This document shows, in pieces, positions 46,270-56,337 of a DNA stretch of 64,000 nucleotides. The position numbers were made by a program, and so were the translations under genes. The notes beneath the pieces were generated by a model. That model was not told where the DNA came from, did not search any database, and saw only the letters and a program-made list of their open reading frames with translations. Numbering within the stretch: position 1 is the stretch's first letter; the number at the start of each line of letters is the position of its first letter. The stretch covers positions 1 through 64,000 of the forward strand of contig JBGSZS010000012.1 in NCBI GenBank assembly GCA_041750285.1, read 5' to 3'. The stretch is from Candidatus Fermentibacteraceae bacterium (GTDB lineage Bacteria; Fermentibacterota; Fermentibacteria; Fermentibacterales; JCC-6).

Positions 46270-47598
46270 CTAGAACTCGGCGTACATCGCCGATATCAGC
46301 GAGTCCTGCCACGCCCTGGCGCTCCATGCGGTTCCCCGTGGAACTTCCAGCATGATCGCCAGGGCGATCCTTCTGCCCGATTCTGCGGTTAGGACGCCGG
46401 TTATCGTGCAAGTGTCGTTGAGGGTGCCCGTTTTTCCGCGGAACGCTCCCGGCGGAAGGTTTCGAAGCCGGCTGAAGAGGGTTCCGTCGACACCGTTCAC
46501 CGGGAAAGAGGTCACAAACTCAGGCCCGAATTCCATCGAGCGGGCGCCGTGGGCGAAAACCGTTGCGAGCTGTCTTGGGGTGAGGAGGTTCAGACGGGAA
46601 AGACCCGAACCGTCCGCGAGTTGCCACCCCTGAACCCCGGGAAGGATTTCGTCAAGCAGCCTGCCGCTTATGTCACAGCCCGCGCGGGTGGACGCTGGTG
46701 CCCCCGAGGTTTCAAGGCACACACCGCGCAGCAGGAGCTCGGAAATGACATTCCTGCTGAACTTGTTCATGGAGCCCAGAAGGACCCACAGGGGCTGGGA
46801 TAGCATCGTTGCAGTCGTGAACGCGCCATCTCCGGGAGTTCCCTGGCCCGCGTACCGGACATCCATTCCCCACCGGACGAGCTCGTCCCCGAGGTAGCCT
46901 GCCAGCTCCACCGGAGCGCCGGCAAACGGTTTGTACAGGGTCGTCGTCTCGTTCGATGCAACGGTGCCCCCCAGGGTGATCCGGGGAGAGCGTTCATCCC
47001 ATCCCGACACCGAGGCGGTTACCCTGCCCGCATTGCCGATCCTGATTTCATCGTGTGAAAGGACAAGCCCGGGAAGTCTGGGGTAGCTGAAGACCCTCAC
47101 CGAGCCGCCGACTGCCGAGACGACTATCTGCAGCACATTGTCGCCGATGCATACCGGTTCGACCGGAGGGCAGTACGTCTTGTCCCAGTCCGATTCATCC
47201 CATCCCAGAAGGTGGGTTTCGGGGAAGAAGCATTCCGCGTCGAGATACAGGGTCCAGGTTCGCCCTGCGGGAAGGGCTGCGACGGTCTCCATTGCAGCCC
47301 TGGTGACGTCCTCAGCGCTCAACAGGGGTGCCCCGGCCCCCACAAGCCAGAGGCAGCCCTGCGAAGTGTCTGCCTGGATCGATGTCCGGAAGACGTAAGA
47401 CGCCCCAAGGTGCTCCAGCGCCGTGACCGTTGTCAGAACCTTGACCGTGGATGCTGGGCGGAACAGCGCGTCGGCGTTCCTCGACATGACTTCCCCGCCG
47501 GTTTCGAGGTCGAAGGCCAGAAAACCCACCCGCCACCCGGAGGGGATGGCGGGAACATTCAGCGCCGCCGTGAGAGCCAGCAGGGCAACCGCGGTCAT
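46270..47598 (-). CDS. dacB: D-alanyl-D-alanine carboxypeptidase/endopeptidase (PBP4, peptidase S13)
   Basis: PASTVK (SxxK), SRN (SxN), DGSGLSR.N, GKTGTL; start at ATG 47598 after a GGGAGG SD. Confidence 0.92.
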   Translation of the reverse strand: MTAVALLALTAALNVPAIPSGWRVGFLAFDLETGGEVMSRNADALFRPASTVKVLTTVTALEHLGASYVFRTSIQADTSQGCLWLVGAGAPLLSAEDVTRAAMETVAALPAGRTWTLYLDAECFFPETHLLGWDESDWDKTYCPPVEPVCIGDNVLQIVVSAVGGSVRVFSYPRLPGLVLSHDEIRIGNAGRVTASVSGWDERSPRITLGGTVASNETTTLYKPFAGAPVELAGYLGDELVRWGMDVRYAGQGTPGDGAFTTATMLSQPLWVLLGSMNKFSRNVISELLLRGVCLETSGAPASTRAGCDISGRLLDEILPGVQGWQLADGSGLSRLNLLTPRQLATVFAHGARSMEFGPEFVTSFPVNGVDGTLFSRLRNLPPGAFRGKTGTLNDTCTITGVLTAESGRRIALAIMLEVPRGTAWSARAWQDSLISAMYAEF

Positions 47599-47693
47599 AC
47601 TTCCTCCCGTTGACAAAGACACCGAAAAAAGAATAATTCCAAGATCGAAACTAAGATATTCCGGCCGATCCGGCCACACAACAGGAGGATGCC

Positions 47694-49367
47694 TTGCGCG
47701 CTTTTATTGCTCTGGCGATTCTTGCTCTCTTCTGCGCATGCGGCCCGACGGTGCCCGAGGGCGCGGTGATGGTTGTCGGTGAAAGGGTTCTCTTCCCTGA
47801 AGATGTCACGCCCACCATGCAGCGGGTAGCGGGTGACACGACGGCAGTCAGGGTGATGGTTGACAACATACTGGCAAGAGAGCTGTTCCTTCAGCACGCA
47901 AGCGATCTTGGCCTCGATACCATCCCCGAAAACCGGAGGGTGCTCTACGAGCGCAGGCGCGAGATCCTTCAGAACGCCTACACAGGTGTTCTGAACAGCC
48001 GTATCACGCTCGATTCGGCAGCCTTCCGCTCATTCAGGGACAGTCTGCCGCTCATGGTCGAGTATTCTGCCTTCTACTCTGCCGATCCGGCGACGATCGA
48101 CCTGTTCATGTCCCGCATTGAGCAGGGTGAGGACTTCAACGCCCTTGTCAGCGAGCTCTCGACCGATGCCTTCGTCCGGGAGACCGGCGGCAGAACGGGT
48201 CCCGTACCCCTCGTCCGGACCAGCAGGGAGGACTACGCCGTTCTCAGGAACCTCTCACCCGGAGAGGTCGGCGAACCGTACCTTTTCAGGCCGGGCTGGC
48301 GGATACTTAAGATGGACGACCTTCGCACGGTCGGGAGCGCATCGCCGGACCTGCATGATGATGAACTCGAGATGGTCTTTCTTTCCCTCACGCGGGAGAG
48401 CCTCAGGCACAGGACGCAGGACAGTCTCGCAAATGCTGTTAACCTCGAGATCAGCCTCGAAGCGTGCTCGCTTCTTGCCTCCAGGGCAACTTCGGCCCGC
48501 GGTGACCACGAGCCCTTCGAGCCCGGGAAGGGAAACATCGAGGCCATCACGTGGAATGGCGGAAGCAGAACCGTTGAAAGCCTCGCCGGCAACATACTCG
48601 ACCTCCCGGGCGCCATCCCCCGCGATGCCCGCGATCCGGCGTGGGTCGCCAACTACGCATTCTGGATCGGTCTTTACGATGTCCAGGCCATGGTTGCCAC
48701 ATCGATGGGGCTGGACACTCTGCCCGAGAACGCGGCGATGATCAGGAGAAGACAGGCCGAAGCCCTGCTTGACATGTACTACCTCGAATTCCTCGACGGC
48801 AGGATGGTACTTGACGAAGATCTCCTACAGCAGCACTACCTTGCCGTCAGCGACACCATGACCATTCCCGAGAAGCGCACCTTCATCCACACCGCGGCTC
48901 AGGGCGATACGCAGGTTCAGCTTCTGAACGCGCTTTTCCTCGATGGCGCCGACCCTTCGCAGAACACCGAATCCCTGACCTTCATTCCACAGCTTTCCGC
49001 GAATCAGGGATCAGCCCTTACCAGACCCATGGAGATCTCCGAATTCCCCGAGGCCTACCGGGAAAGGATCCTGGAGCTCGAGCCCGGTGAAGCATTGATA
49101 TGCTCGCTCGAGGCAGGCTTCCATGTCTATTTCAGGCTGGAGGAGATCATTCCGGCCCACCGGCCAGTGCTCGAAGAGATCAGAAGCACTCTGGAGCCCC
49201 GGGTAATGGCCGATGTTGAAGTTGCGGTGATCGCCGCACTTGTAGACAGCCTCAAAGAAGTTTATCATCCATACATTGACGAGGAGTTCTTCGATTCATT
49301 CATCACTCCGGCGGATTCCACCGCCGAAACCTCCTCGACCGAAGAAAGACGGGAGGATGGACTTTAA
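47694..49367 (+). CDS. Parvulin-type peptidyl-prolyl isomerase / SurA-PrsA-like lipoprotein with two degenerate PpiC domains
   Basis: Lipobox FCA-C; GEDFNALVSELSTD...GG.TG...L.PGEV..P...GW.I.K; second unit LEPGE...GFHV...EII. Confidence 0.75.
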   Translation: MRAFIALAILALFCACGPTVPEGAVMVVGERVLFPEDVTPTMQRVAGDTTAVRVMVDNILARELFLQHASDLGLDTIPENRRVLYERRREILQNAYTGVLNSRITLDSAAFRSFRDSLPLMVEYSAFYSADPATIDLFMSRIEQGEDFNALVSELSTDAFVRETGGRTGPVPLVRTSREDYAVLRNLSPGEVGEPYLFRPGWRILKMDDLRTVGSASPDLHDDELEMVFLSLTRESLRHRTQDSLANAVNLEISLEACSLLASRATSARGDHEPFEPGKGNIEAITWNGGSRTVESLAGNILDLPGAIPRDARDPAWVANYAFWIGLYDVQAMVATSMGLDTLPENAAMIRRRQAEALLDMYYLEFLDGRMVLDEDLLQQHYLAVSDTMTIPEKRTFIHTAAQGDTQVQLLNALFLDGADPSQNTESLTFIPQLSANQGSALTRPMEISEFPEAYRERILELEPGEALICSLEAGFHVYFRLEEIIPAHRPVLEEIRSTLEPRVMADVEVAVIAALVDSLKEVYHPYIDEEFFDSFITPADSTAETSSTEERREDGL

Positions 49368-50315
49368 ATGTACTGCCGACTGTGCGGACACGACAACGGC
49401 GAGAAGGAAACGGGGCTCTGCGCCAACTGCGGCTTCGAGCTGGCGGATCAGAACCTTCCCCTGAGCGAGCAGAGAAGTGGTCTGCAGAAGCCGCTTCCTT
49501 CCAATGGTGCCTCCAGAACCCACCCGGCAGACCTGTGGGTCCCACGCAAGAGCAGGGCGGGCCATCTTGCCGTTCTGGTCTTTATGGTGGGCGCAGCTGT
49601 GGCGATCTTCATAGTGACCAGTTTCGAACGTGCGGTCTACGAACCCCCGGTGGAGAGAACCGAGCAGGAAATAGCCGCGGAAGTCCAGGCACCGAGAGAT
49701 TCCCTTCCGATCCGGCTCTCGACCGATATCGTGTACGAATTCAACACCGAGGGCACCTCCGCGATTCCCCGGACCAACGTCGACCTGTCACTCATCCCCA
49801 TCGGCACCAGGGTTTCATTCATAGGCCATCGTGACCTTTCGATCCGCCCTGTGGTTTCCTACATCACACAGAAAATGGCGGGACGGGATTTCGCGATACT
49901 CGAGGCGCACAACCTCTACTGCTGGACCGACTCCACCATGACCGCCTTTCAGCGCATACCCCTGGTCAAGCCCTTTGTTGAGAATCCGGCAGACACCGCT
50001 GCGGTCGAACCCGTCATGATGAGATTCCTGTTCACCGAGGAATGGCTCAGGGGTGAGATCCAGGAGTTCAACATCGACGTCGTGGAACCTTCCGGTGGTT
50101 TCGGTTTCCGCGCCGGGCCGTTCATGACCGTTCTCAGACAGGTGAAGAACAGGCTCGACAGGAATGCGTTCGAGGGCAGGCCGGTTCATGTCATGCTCCT
50201 CTTCCCCGACGACGCCACGCTCGGGCAGGTCATGGACATCTCCATCGAGGTCCAGCACTACACCGACAGCCTCGGTTACCAGGGCTTCCAGCTGCGCTAC
50301 GCAACCATCGAGTAG
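49368..50315 (+). CDS. Hypothetical bitopic membrane protein with N-terminal zinc ribbon
   Basis: MYCRLCG...CANCG, one TM (LAVLVFMVGAAVAIFIV), extracytoplasmic domain; GGAGG SD. Confidence 0.7.
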   Translation: MYCRLCGHDNGEKETGLCANCGFELADQNLPLSEQRSGLQKPLPSNGASRTHPADLWVPRKSRAGHLAVLVFMVGAAVAIFIVTSFERAVYEPPVERTEQEIAAEVQAPRDSLPIRLSTDIVYEFNTEGTSAIPRTNVDLSLIPIGTRVSFIGHRDLSIRPVVSYITQKMAGRDFAILEAHNLYCWTDSTMTAFQRIPLVKPFVENPADTAAVEPVMMRFLFTEEWLRGEIQEFNIDVVEPSGGFGFRAGPFMTVLRQVKNRLDRNAFEGRPVHVMLLFPDDATLGQVMDISIEVQHYTDSLGYQGFQLRYATIE

Positions 50316-50330
50316 AAGCAGCGCGCCGGG

Positions 50331-51599
50331 ATGAGCCGCGCCCCGTCGTCCCCCGAGGAGCGGTTTGCGGGATGCCTCCGGTTTGCCACGGTTTCATCCC
50401 GGGATGGATTCCCGCTCGAACCGTTCCACGAACTGCACGACTATTCCCGCCGGTGCTGGCCCACGGTCTTCTCCCGGATGTGCCCCCTGACGGTTGGCGG
50501 AGCGTCGCTGCTCTTTGAGCTGAGGGGTTCCGATCCCTCCCTCGAGCCCCTTCTTCTCGCAGCGCATCAGGATGTCGTTCCCGCAAATGCCGATGACGGG
50601 TGGGACAATCCTCCGTTCGGCGGTGTTGTCCAGGACGGGGTCATCCACGGCAGGGGAGCGCTGGACTTCAAGTGCGGCTATGCAGGCATTCTCGAGGCGT
50701 GTGAAACGCTTCTCAGGCAGGGGTTCCAGCCTGTTCGAACGCTTTTCGTCGCCATGGGTCATGACGAGGAGATCGGGGGCGCGGCGGGTGCCGGAGGGAT
50801 CACAGGGCTGCTCGAAGACCGTGCCGTGATGTGCGCCTTCGTTCTGGACGAGGGGGGCTACATCCACACGCTGCCGTGGTCCGGAAGACGGGCAGCCCTC
50901 ATCGGAATAGCCGAGAAGGGTTACGCAACCTTCTCGGTGAGGGCCGAAGCCGAGCAGGGTCATGCTTCCGTTCCCCCCGAAGTCACCGCCGCAGGTCGGC
51001 TTGCCAGGGCGGTGATGTGCATCGAGAGCAACCTTTTCCCTCCCGATCCCCCACCGGGGATAATGCCCCTCTTCGATTCCACCGATATGGAGGATGTTGC
51101 CTCGACCCCCTACGGTGCCGCGCTGACACGAACCACTTCCGCAGTGACCGTGATCCGTTCGGGAGAGAAGGAAAACGTCCTGCCAGCTTCGGGGAACATG
51201 CTGGTGAACTGCAGGATCATTCCCGGCGAAAGCGTCGCCTCGGTTGAAGAAGCCCTCTCGGGGGCGTTGTCCCGAATCGGTCTCGTCGTGACACTCCAGC
51301 GGAACGAGAGCCTGTCCGAGCCCTCCAGGGTCTCCCCGACCGACTCCGATGAGTACCGTGTGATCAGGGACTCGGCCCGCGTCTTTTGCGAAGGGATACC
51401 CGTTCTGCCAGGCATATTCGTGGCGGCCACCGATTCGAGGCACTATTCGCGGATCGCCCGCAGCGTATACAGGTTCCTTCCAGTGGAGCTTGACGGCAGG
51501 GGTGTCGGCATGCTTCACTCACGGAACGAGGCAGTGACGGTCGGGGATTATCATGCCTGCGTGGGTTTCTACAGGGAAGTCATCAGACGGTTCTGCTGA
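50331..51599 (+). CDS. M20/M25/M40 family metallo-hydrolase (carboxypeptidase S-like)
   Basis: AHQDVVP, GRGALDFK, GHDEE, DEGG, GHAS.PP, ATDSRHY, HSRNE. Confidence 0.9.
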   Translation: MSRAPSSPEERFAGCLRFATVSSRDGFPLEPFHELHDYSRRCWPTVFSRMCPLTVGGASLLFELRGSDPSLEPLLLAAHQDVVPANADDGWDNPPFGGVVQDGVIHGRGALDFKCGYAGILEACETLLRQGFQPVRTLFVAMGHDEEIGGAAGAGGITGLLEDRAVMCAFVLDEGGYIHTLPWSGRRAALIGIAEKGYATFSVRAEAEQGHASVPPEVTAAGRLARAVMCIESNLFPPDPPPGIMPLFDSTDMEDVASTPYGAALTRTTSAVTVIRSGEKENVLPASGNMLVNCRIIPGESVASVEEALSGALSRIGLVVTLQRNESLSEPSRVSPTDSDEYRVIRDSARVFCEGIPVLPGIFVAATDSRHYSRIARSVYRFLPVELDGRGVGMLHSRNEAVTVGDYHACVGFYREVIRRFC

Positions 51600-51739
51600 A
51601 CCGATGCTCGGACCCGGGAACATTGATATGTCGTGAAGGGGCAGCCCGTGGACCTTCCGCAACCGAAGGGGCTTCCGGATATTCAGCCTCGCGGGGATGA
51701 GGGCTTGTTTACGCTGCCATCGACAGGCTATTATAGACA

Positions 51740-52204
51740 ATGTTCAGAAAGGCGGTGAACTTGGCATTCGGTATCTGCAGCAGCGCCTTCGAGAATGACG
51801 GCTTTCTGCCGGGATGGTACAGTGCCGCAGGGCTCAACGCCTCGCCCCCTTTCGGGTGGCGGGACGAGCCCCAGGGCTGCCGAAGCCTTGCTCTCGTTTG
51901 CAGGGCTGAAGACGGCCGGACGCACTGGGTCATGTGGAACATTCCCCCCGACCTTCACACGGTTTACGGGAAGCAGCCACGAAACCCCGTGCTCGACAAC
52001 GGCATCAGGCAGGGCTGGAATTCCTTCGGCGTGGCGGGATGGACGGGACCCGAAAAGAAGCACTCGGACTGCAGGCTGACATTCACCCTCGTTGCCCTCG
52101 ACTCACTCCTTGAACTGCCGGCCGACACCGATGGTGACGAACTCACCAGGACATGCCAGGACCACATCCTGGAGTCGGCCAGTATAGCCTGCCGTTACTG
52201 CTGA
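51740..52204 (+). CDS. YbhB/YbcL (PEBP/RKIP-like) family protein, divergent
   Basis: SSAF...G...SPP..W...P...SLAL, THWV.WNIP, QG.NSFG..GW.GP, FTL.ALD; the start could instead be GTG 51755. Confidence 0.8.
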   Translation: MFRKAVNLAFGICSSAFENDGFLPGWYSAAGLNASPPFGWRDEPQGCRSLALVCRAEDGRTHWVMWNIPPDLHTVYGKQPRNPVLDNGIRQGWNSFGVAGWTGPEKKHSDCRLTFTLVALDSLLELPADTDGDELTRTCQDHILESASIACRYC

Positions 52205-52205
52205 C

Positions 52206-53375
52206 GTGCCGTCCATCAGCGGGAGCTGGCTTCTGAACCGCGGCGTCATGTACCTCAATCACGGTTCATTCGGAGCCTGCCCAAGACATGTCATGGAATA
52301 CCGCCGCAAGCTCCTCGAGGAGATCGAAACCGAACCGATGGATTTCCTGGTGAGGCGTCTTTCCGCTGAGTTGACCGATCAGATAGCCTTCCTCGAGAGC
52401 TTTCTTGGCGCCCAACCCGGGACGGTCGTCCTGACCGACAACACAACCACGGCCATCAACTCGGTCCTGCGAAGCATCAGGTTCAGACCGGGAGAAACGG
52501 TTCTGATCTCCAACCAGGCTTACTTTTCCACCAGGAACGCACTGAATGAAGCCGCATCCCTTGCCGGCGCACATGTGAGGACCATTCCCTTCAGCGTTCC
52601 GGTTGGCGGCCCTGAAGAGGTCGTTCGACAGCTCCTTGACTGCGTGGATGCAACTGTCAGGTTCGCCGTGCTGGATCACATCTCAAGCCCGACCGGAATG
52701 GTTTTTCCCCTGGCACGGGCGGTCGGCGCCCTGCGCGAAGCCGGGGTCGAGGTCATCGCCGACGGCGCGCACGGCCCCGGGCACCTTCCCCTGTACCTCG
52801 CAGACCTGGGGTGTGCCTGGTACGCAGGCAACTGTCACAAGTGGCTGTGTTCTCCCAGGAGTTGCGCCGTTCTCTACACAAGGCCCGACATGAAGGACAT
52901 CACACGCCCGGTGGTCACAAGCCATGTCCCCGCTGACTTTCAACCCGGTCCGGATCCCCTGCGGGTGATGTTCGACTGGAGCGGCACTCCCGACCCCTCA
53001 CCCAGGCTCTGCGTCAAAATGAGCGTCGAATACATGGCCACACTGCACCCGGGGGGCTGGAGCGGGATAATCGAGCGCAACACGGGCCTCGCCCTGAGGG
53101 CACGGTCGATCCTCCTCGACGCCACCGGGACGGAACCGCCATTTCCCGACTCCATGGTCGGATGCATGGCGTCCGTGCAGCTTCCCGACCTCGACCACAA
53201 GGGTCCCCGGCCGATCGACTGGTTCGATCCGGTACAACAGGCTCTCAGGGAAAGGGGCATCGAAGCCCCCGTCATTCACTGCCCGTCCGGCAGGTTCCTC
53301 CGTGTTTCGGCCCAGCTCTACAACGACATCGGCCAGTACGAACATCTCGCCGGGGTGCTCGCAGGTCTTCTCTGA
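52206..53375 (+). CDS. Class V PLP enzyme (isopenicillin N epimerase / L-cysteine desulfhydrase / Egt2-like)
   Basis: YLNHGSFGACP, DHISSPTG, DGAHGPG, GNCHKWL, RVSAQLYN. Confidence 0.85.
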   Translation: MPSISGSWLLNRGVMYLNHGSFGACPRHVMEYRRKLLEEIETEPMDFLVRRLSAELTDQIAFLESFLGAQPGTVVLTDNTTTAINSVLRSIRFRPGETVLISNQAYFSTRNALNEAASLAGAHVRTIPFSVPVGGPEEVVRQLLDCVDATVRFAVLDHISSPTGMVFPLARAVGALREAGVEVIADGAHGPGHLPLYLADLGCAWYAGNCHKWLCSPRSCAVLYTRPDMKDITRPVVTSHVPADFQPGPDPLRVMFDWSGTPDPSPRLCVKMSVEYMATLHPGGWSGIIERNTGLALRARSILLDATGTEPPFPDSMVGCMASVQLPDLDHKGPRPIDWFDPVQQALRERGIEAPVIHCPSGRFLRVSAQLYNDIGQYEHLAGVLAGLL

Positions 53376-53389
53376 TTTCATGAAACACC

Positions 53390-53418
53390 TTGCCCGTAGC
53401 TTTTGCCGGGTTTATGCT
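53390..53418 (+). promoter_or_regulatory. Putative promoter for the cysteine desulfurase-like gene
   Basis: TTGCCC-N17-TATGCT in the short intergenic gap. Confidence 0.4.
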
Positions 53419-53441
53419 TCCGGTAACTGAAAGAAGCCGGT

Positions 53442-54590
53442 ATGTACCTTGACAATGCCTCCACCACATGGCCCAAGCCTCCCGAGGTGACCGAGGCCGT
53501 GAGCAGTTTCATCTCCGGGCTGTGTCCCAACCCCGGAAGGGGTTCATGCGGCCCCAACAAGATCGCCGGCAGGACGATACTCCAGTGCCGCATGGCCCTT
53601 GCAAGGCTGTTCTGCTGCGAAGACCCGCTCAGGATCTGCCTGACCCCGGGTGTCACGTGGGCGCTGAACACCGTCATACTGGGCCTTGTGAAACCGGGCG
53701 ATCACATCGTCACGGGTTCGATGGAGCATAACTCGGTCATGCGCCCCATTCATTTCCTTGCCCGCGGGGGAGTGGAGTTCACCGTCGTGAGGTGCGACTC
53801 GAACGGAAGGCTTTCACCGGGCGATTTCGGCGAAGCTTTAAGATCCAACACTGCCCTGGCCGTGATCAACCATGCCTCCAACGTCAACGGCGCGGTTCAG
53901 CCCGTGGCAGAGGTTGGGGCCATCTGCCGTGAGCGGGGGGTTCCGCTTCTTGTCGACGTGGCCCAGAGCGCCGGGGTGATACCCATCTCATCGGCATCCC
54001 TGAATGCAGACATCATCGCCTTCACTGGTCACAAGGCCCTGTTCGGCCCCATGGCGACCGGGGGCATCCTCTTTTCCCGCTGCTTCGATCCCCAAAGGGT
54101 GCAGCCCCTTGCCCACGGGGGAACGGGAAGCCGCTCCGAGGTCGAGTTCCAGCCCGACTTCCTGCCCGACCGTTTTGAACCGGGAACCCCCAACGGTCCC
54201 GGCATTGCAGGTCTCCTTGCGGGTGTGGGGTTCGTGCTGAGGGTGGGCATCGACGCCATCAGGGAGAGGGAAACCCGTCTCGCGTCAATGCTTGCGGCCG
54301 GCCTGCGGGAGATTCCGGGGGCCGAGGTGTTCCATCCCGAAGAGGGCCCCGTCACGGCAGCCGTTTCCTTCCGGATCAGGGGCATGGAGAACACCGCCAT
54401 TGCGGGGATACTCGCGGACGAGTACGGAATCTGCTGCCGTCACGGGCTGCAGTGCGCCCCCTGCGCCCACCGGACGCTTGGCACGCTTCCCGCCGGGCTT
54501 GTCAGGCTGAGCCCCGGTTTCTTCAACACCGATGACGAGATCAACTCCGCCCTCGACGCCGTTCGGACCGCACAAAGGAGATGCGGCTGA
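53442..54590 (+). CDS. Cysteine desulfurase / selenocysteine lyase family protein (class V PLP)
   Basis: YLDNASTTWPKP, NPGRG, MEHNSV.RP, HASNVNG, FTGHKAL.GP, E.GTPN, HGLQCAP. Confidence 0.88.
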   Translation: MYLDNASTTWPKPPEVTEAVSSFISGLCPNPGRGSCGPNKIAGRTILQCRMALARLFCCEDPLRICLTPGVTWALNTVILGLVKPGDHIVTGSMEHNSVMRPIHFLARGGVEFTVVRCDSNGRLSPGDFGEALRSNTALAVINHASNVNGAVQPVAEVGAICRERGVPLLVDVAQSAGVIPISSASLNADIIAFTGHKALFGPMATGGILFSRCFDPQRVQPLAHGGTGSRSEVEFQPDFLPDRFEPGTPNGPGIAGLLAGVGFVLRVGIDAIRERETRLASMLAAGLREIPGAEVFHPEEGPVTAAVSFRIRGMENTAIAGILADEYGICCRHGLQCAPCAHRTLGTLPAGLVRLSPGFFNTDDEINSALDAVRTAQRRCG

Positions 54591-54814
54591 TGCACTTCAC
54601 CCGGAACTGCGACTGCATGCAGGCATCGTTCGGATCGGATTCGCGTGTTCTCCTGGCCGAGACGATACTCACCGAGGCCGGCATCTGGTGCAAGCTTGCC
54701 CCCGGTGACACTTGCGGAATGGTCCTCGTCATCCACCGTGACGACAGCGAAGCCGTGAGCGGGCTGCTCAGGGAGAAGGGTTTCACGCCTGACCGGATGA
54801 TCCACGCCTGCTGA
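54590..54814 (+). CDS. DUF3343-like small protein
   Basis: F.S...VLLAE..L...GI...L.P...CG.VL pattern; ATG overlaps the stop of the desulfurase-like gene. Confidence 0.6.
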   Translation: MHFTRNCDCMQASFGSDSRVLLAETILTEAGIWCKLAPGDTCGMVLVIHRDDSEAVSGLLREKGFTPDRMIHAC

Positions 54815-54828
54815 ACTCCCGGGACCTG

Positions 54829-56337
54829 TCAGGAGCTCGCGGGCGGCCCGGAGAACCATTCCGTCTTCTCCGCAGTTCTGCGACCGTGCCTTCTCACATG
54901 CCTGTCGAAAAGGTCTGCGGCGAACCTGTACACGGTCATGTCGCTTTTCATCGTGAACTTCCGGGTCAGGACCGACCGTATGTTGGAAAGCACCTTCAAA
55001 GGGTGAAACAGAAGTTTCAGAACCGCGAAGTTTGCATAGATCCACAGACGGGCCATGGTGATGAGCCTGTAGTTTTCCCTCCATGTTGGCGAGAAGTTCA
55101 TGTCCTCGTATTCGAGCCCTTCGGGCATCAGGCCCGCCACTCCGGTGTCGGGCAGCGGTGTGAGCATGAAGGCGGTGATCTCGTCCATGCCCAGGATGGT
55201 CAGCTTCCTGATGAACCTGTAGGTGAGCCTGCGGTCCGGCCGTTCCTCCCCGGGAAAACCCAGCACGAAATTGCAGTTCACCCTGATGCCCAGTTCATGG
55301 CACCACTTCACGGCCTGCACGACCGTGTCCAGGTCAACCGGCTTGTTCATGAGCTTCAGGACCTTTTTCGATGCCGATTCCGGTGAGAGGGAAAGGTACC
55401 TGCATCCCGACCTGTAAAGCAGTTCGAGTTCCCCACGTCCCACCGTCTCCACCTTAATGCCCGACGGGAAGCAGTAAGTGTATTTCCTCCCCCGCGACAG
55501 GAGCTCCTGCGCGAAAGCCCTGGTCCTCCCGCGGGACAAAGAGAAGTTCTCGTCCTGGATGTGAAAGTCGGAAACCCCGTGCCTTTCGTTGTAGTGATCC
55601 ATCTCGTCAACGATTCTTCCGGGGGATTTCGCCATCCAGTTTCCTCCCCACATTTTCGGGGTCTGGCAGAATGCGCAGGCGTAGGGGCATCCCCTGCTGG
55701 TGAACATTGGCAGGTACCTGCGGTTCCTCACGGGGCCGTGGGCGTACCTCAGGTTCCAGTAGGATTCCAGGGGAACCGGATCGAAGAAGGCGAAGGGAAG
55801 ATCCTCGATGGGGCACACCCGGGGAGTTCGTTCGCAGGCGTGGGTGGAACCGAAGATCCCGTCCATCGTGAACGGTTCACCCGACTCCAGTGACTTCAGA
55901 AGCATTGGCAGACGCTTCTCACCCTCGCCCTGAAGGACGAAGTCTGCGCCCGCCCCGAGGAAGGGCTCGACGCAGAAGGTCGTGTGGTAGCCTCCGACCA
56001 CGACGGGAACGCCGGGAAACTTCATTTTGGACCGGCGGACTATCGCGACAGCCATTCCGTGCTCCAGCGTGCAGTGGACTGAAACCCCAATCACCTCGAC
56101 GTCTTCGGGGATGGAATCGACTATCTCCTCCGGCAGGAGACCCCTGGCTTCGAACTTGCCGAGGTAGGGGGTGAACCTGCGGGGCGCAAGCCCGTACGAG
56201 TCGACTATTGTAACGGAGTGCCCCTCCTGAAGAAGCACACCCGCCAGGTATGGCAGGTTCGCCGGAATGCCCGGGGTTGAGCCGAAAGGGCTGTTTTTTA
56301 GGTTGACGACTGGCGTGCGGACAAGGGCAACCTTCAT
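54829..56337 (-). CDS. Cobalamin-binding radical SAM protein (class B-like)
   Basis: Start ATG 56337 (MKVALV); GGYHTT, GEGE, TSRGCPYACAFC, IQDENF, PESAS, FVLGFPGE. Confidence 0.9.
   Translation of the reverse strand: MKVALVRTPVVNLKNSPFGSTPGIPANLPYLAGVLLQEGHSVTIVDSYGLAPRRFTPYLGKFEARGLLPEEIVDSIPEDVEVIGVSVHCTLEHGMAVAIVRRSKMKFPGVPVVVGGYHTTFCVEPFLGAGADFVLQGEGEKRLPMLLKSLESGEPFTMDGIFGSTHACERTPRVCPIEDLPFAFFDPVPLESYWNLRYAHGPVRNRRYLPMFTSRGCPYACAFCQTPKMWGGNWMAKSPGRIVDEMDHYNERHGVSDFHIQDENFSLSRGRTRAFAQELLSRGRKYTYCFPSGIKVETVGRGELELLYRSGCRYLSLSPESASKKVLKLMNKPVDLDTVVQAVKWCHELGIRVNCNFVLGFPGEERPDRRLTYRFIRKLTILGMDEITAFMLTPLPDTGVAGLMPEGLEYEDMNFSPTWRENYRLITMARLWIYANFAVLKLLFHPLKVLSNIRSVLTRKFTMKSDMTVYRFAADLFDRHVRRHGRRTAEKTEWFSGPPASS

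Noticed and set aside
51594..54814. Selenocysteine readthrough at three nearby genes ending in TGC-TGA (51599, 52204, 54814)
   Set aside because: Each protein is already about full length for its family, TGA is the most common stop here, and I see no convincing SECIS or meaningful extension
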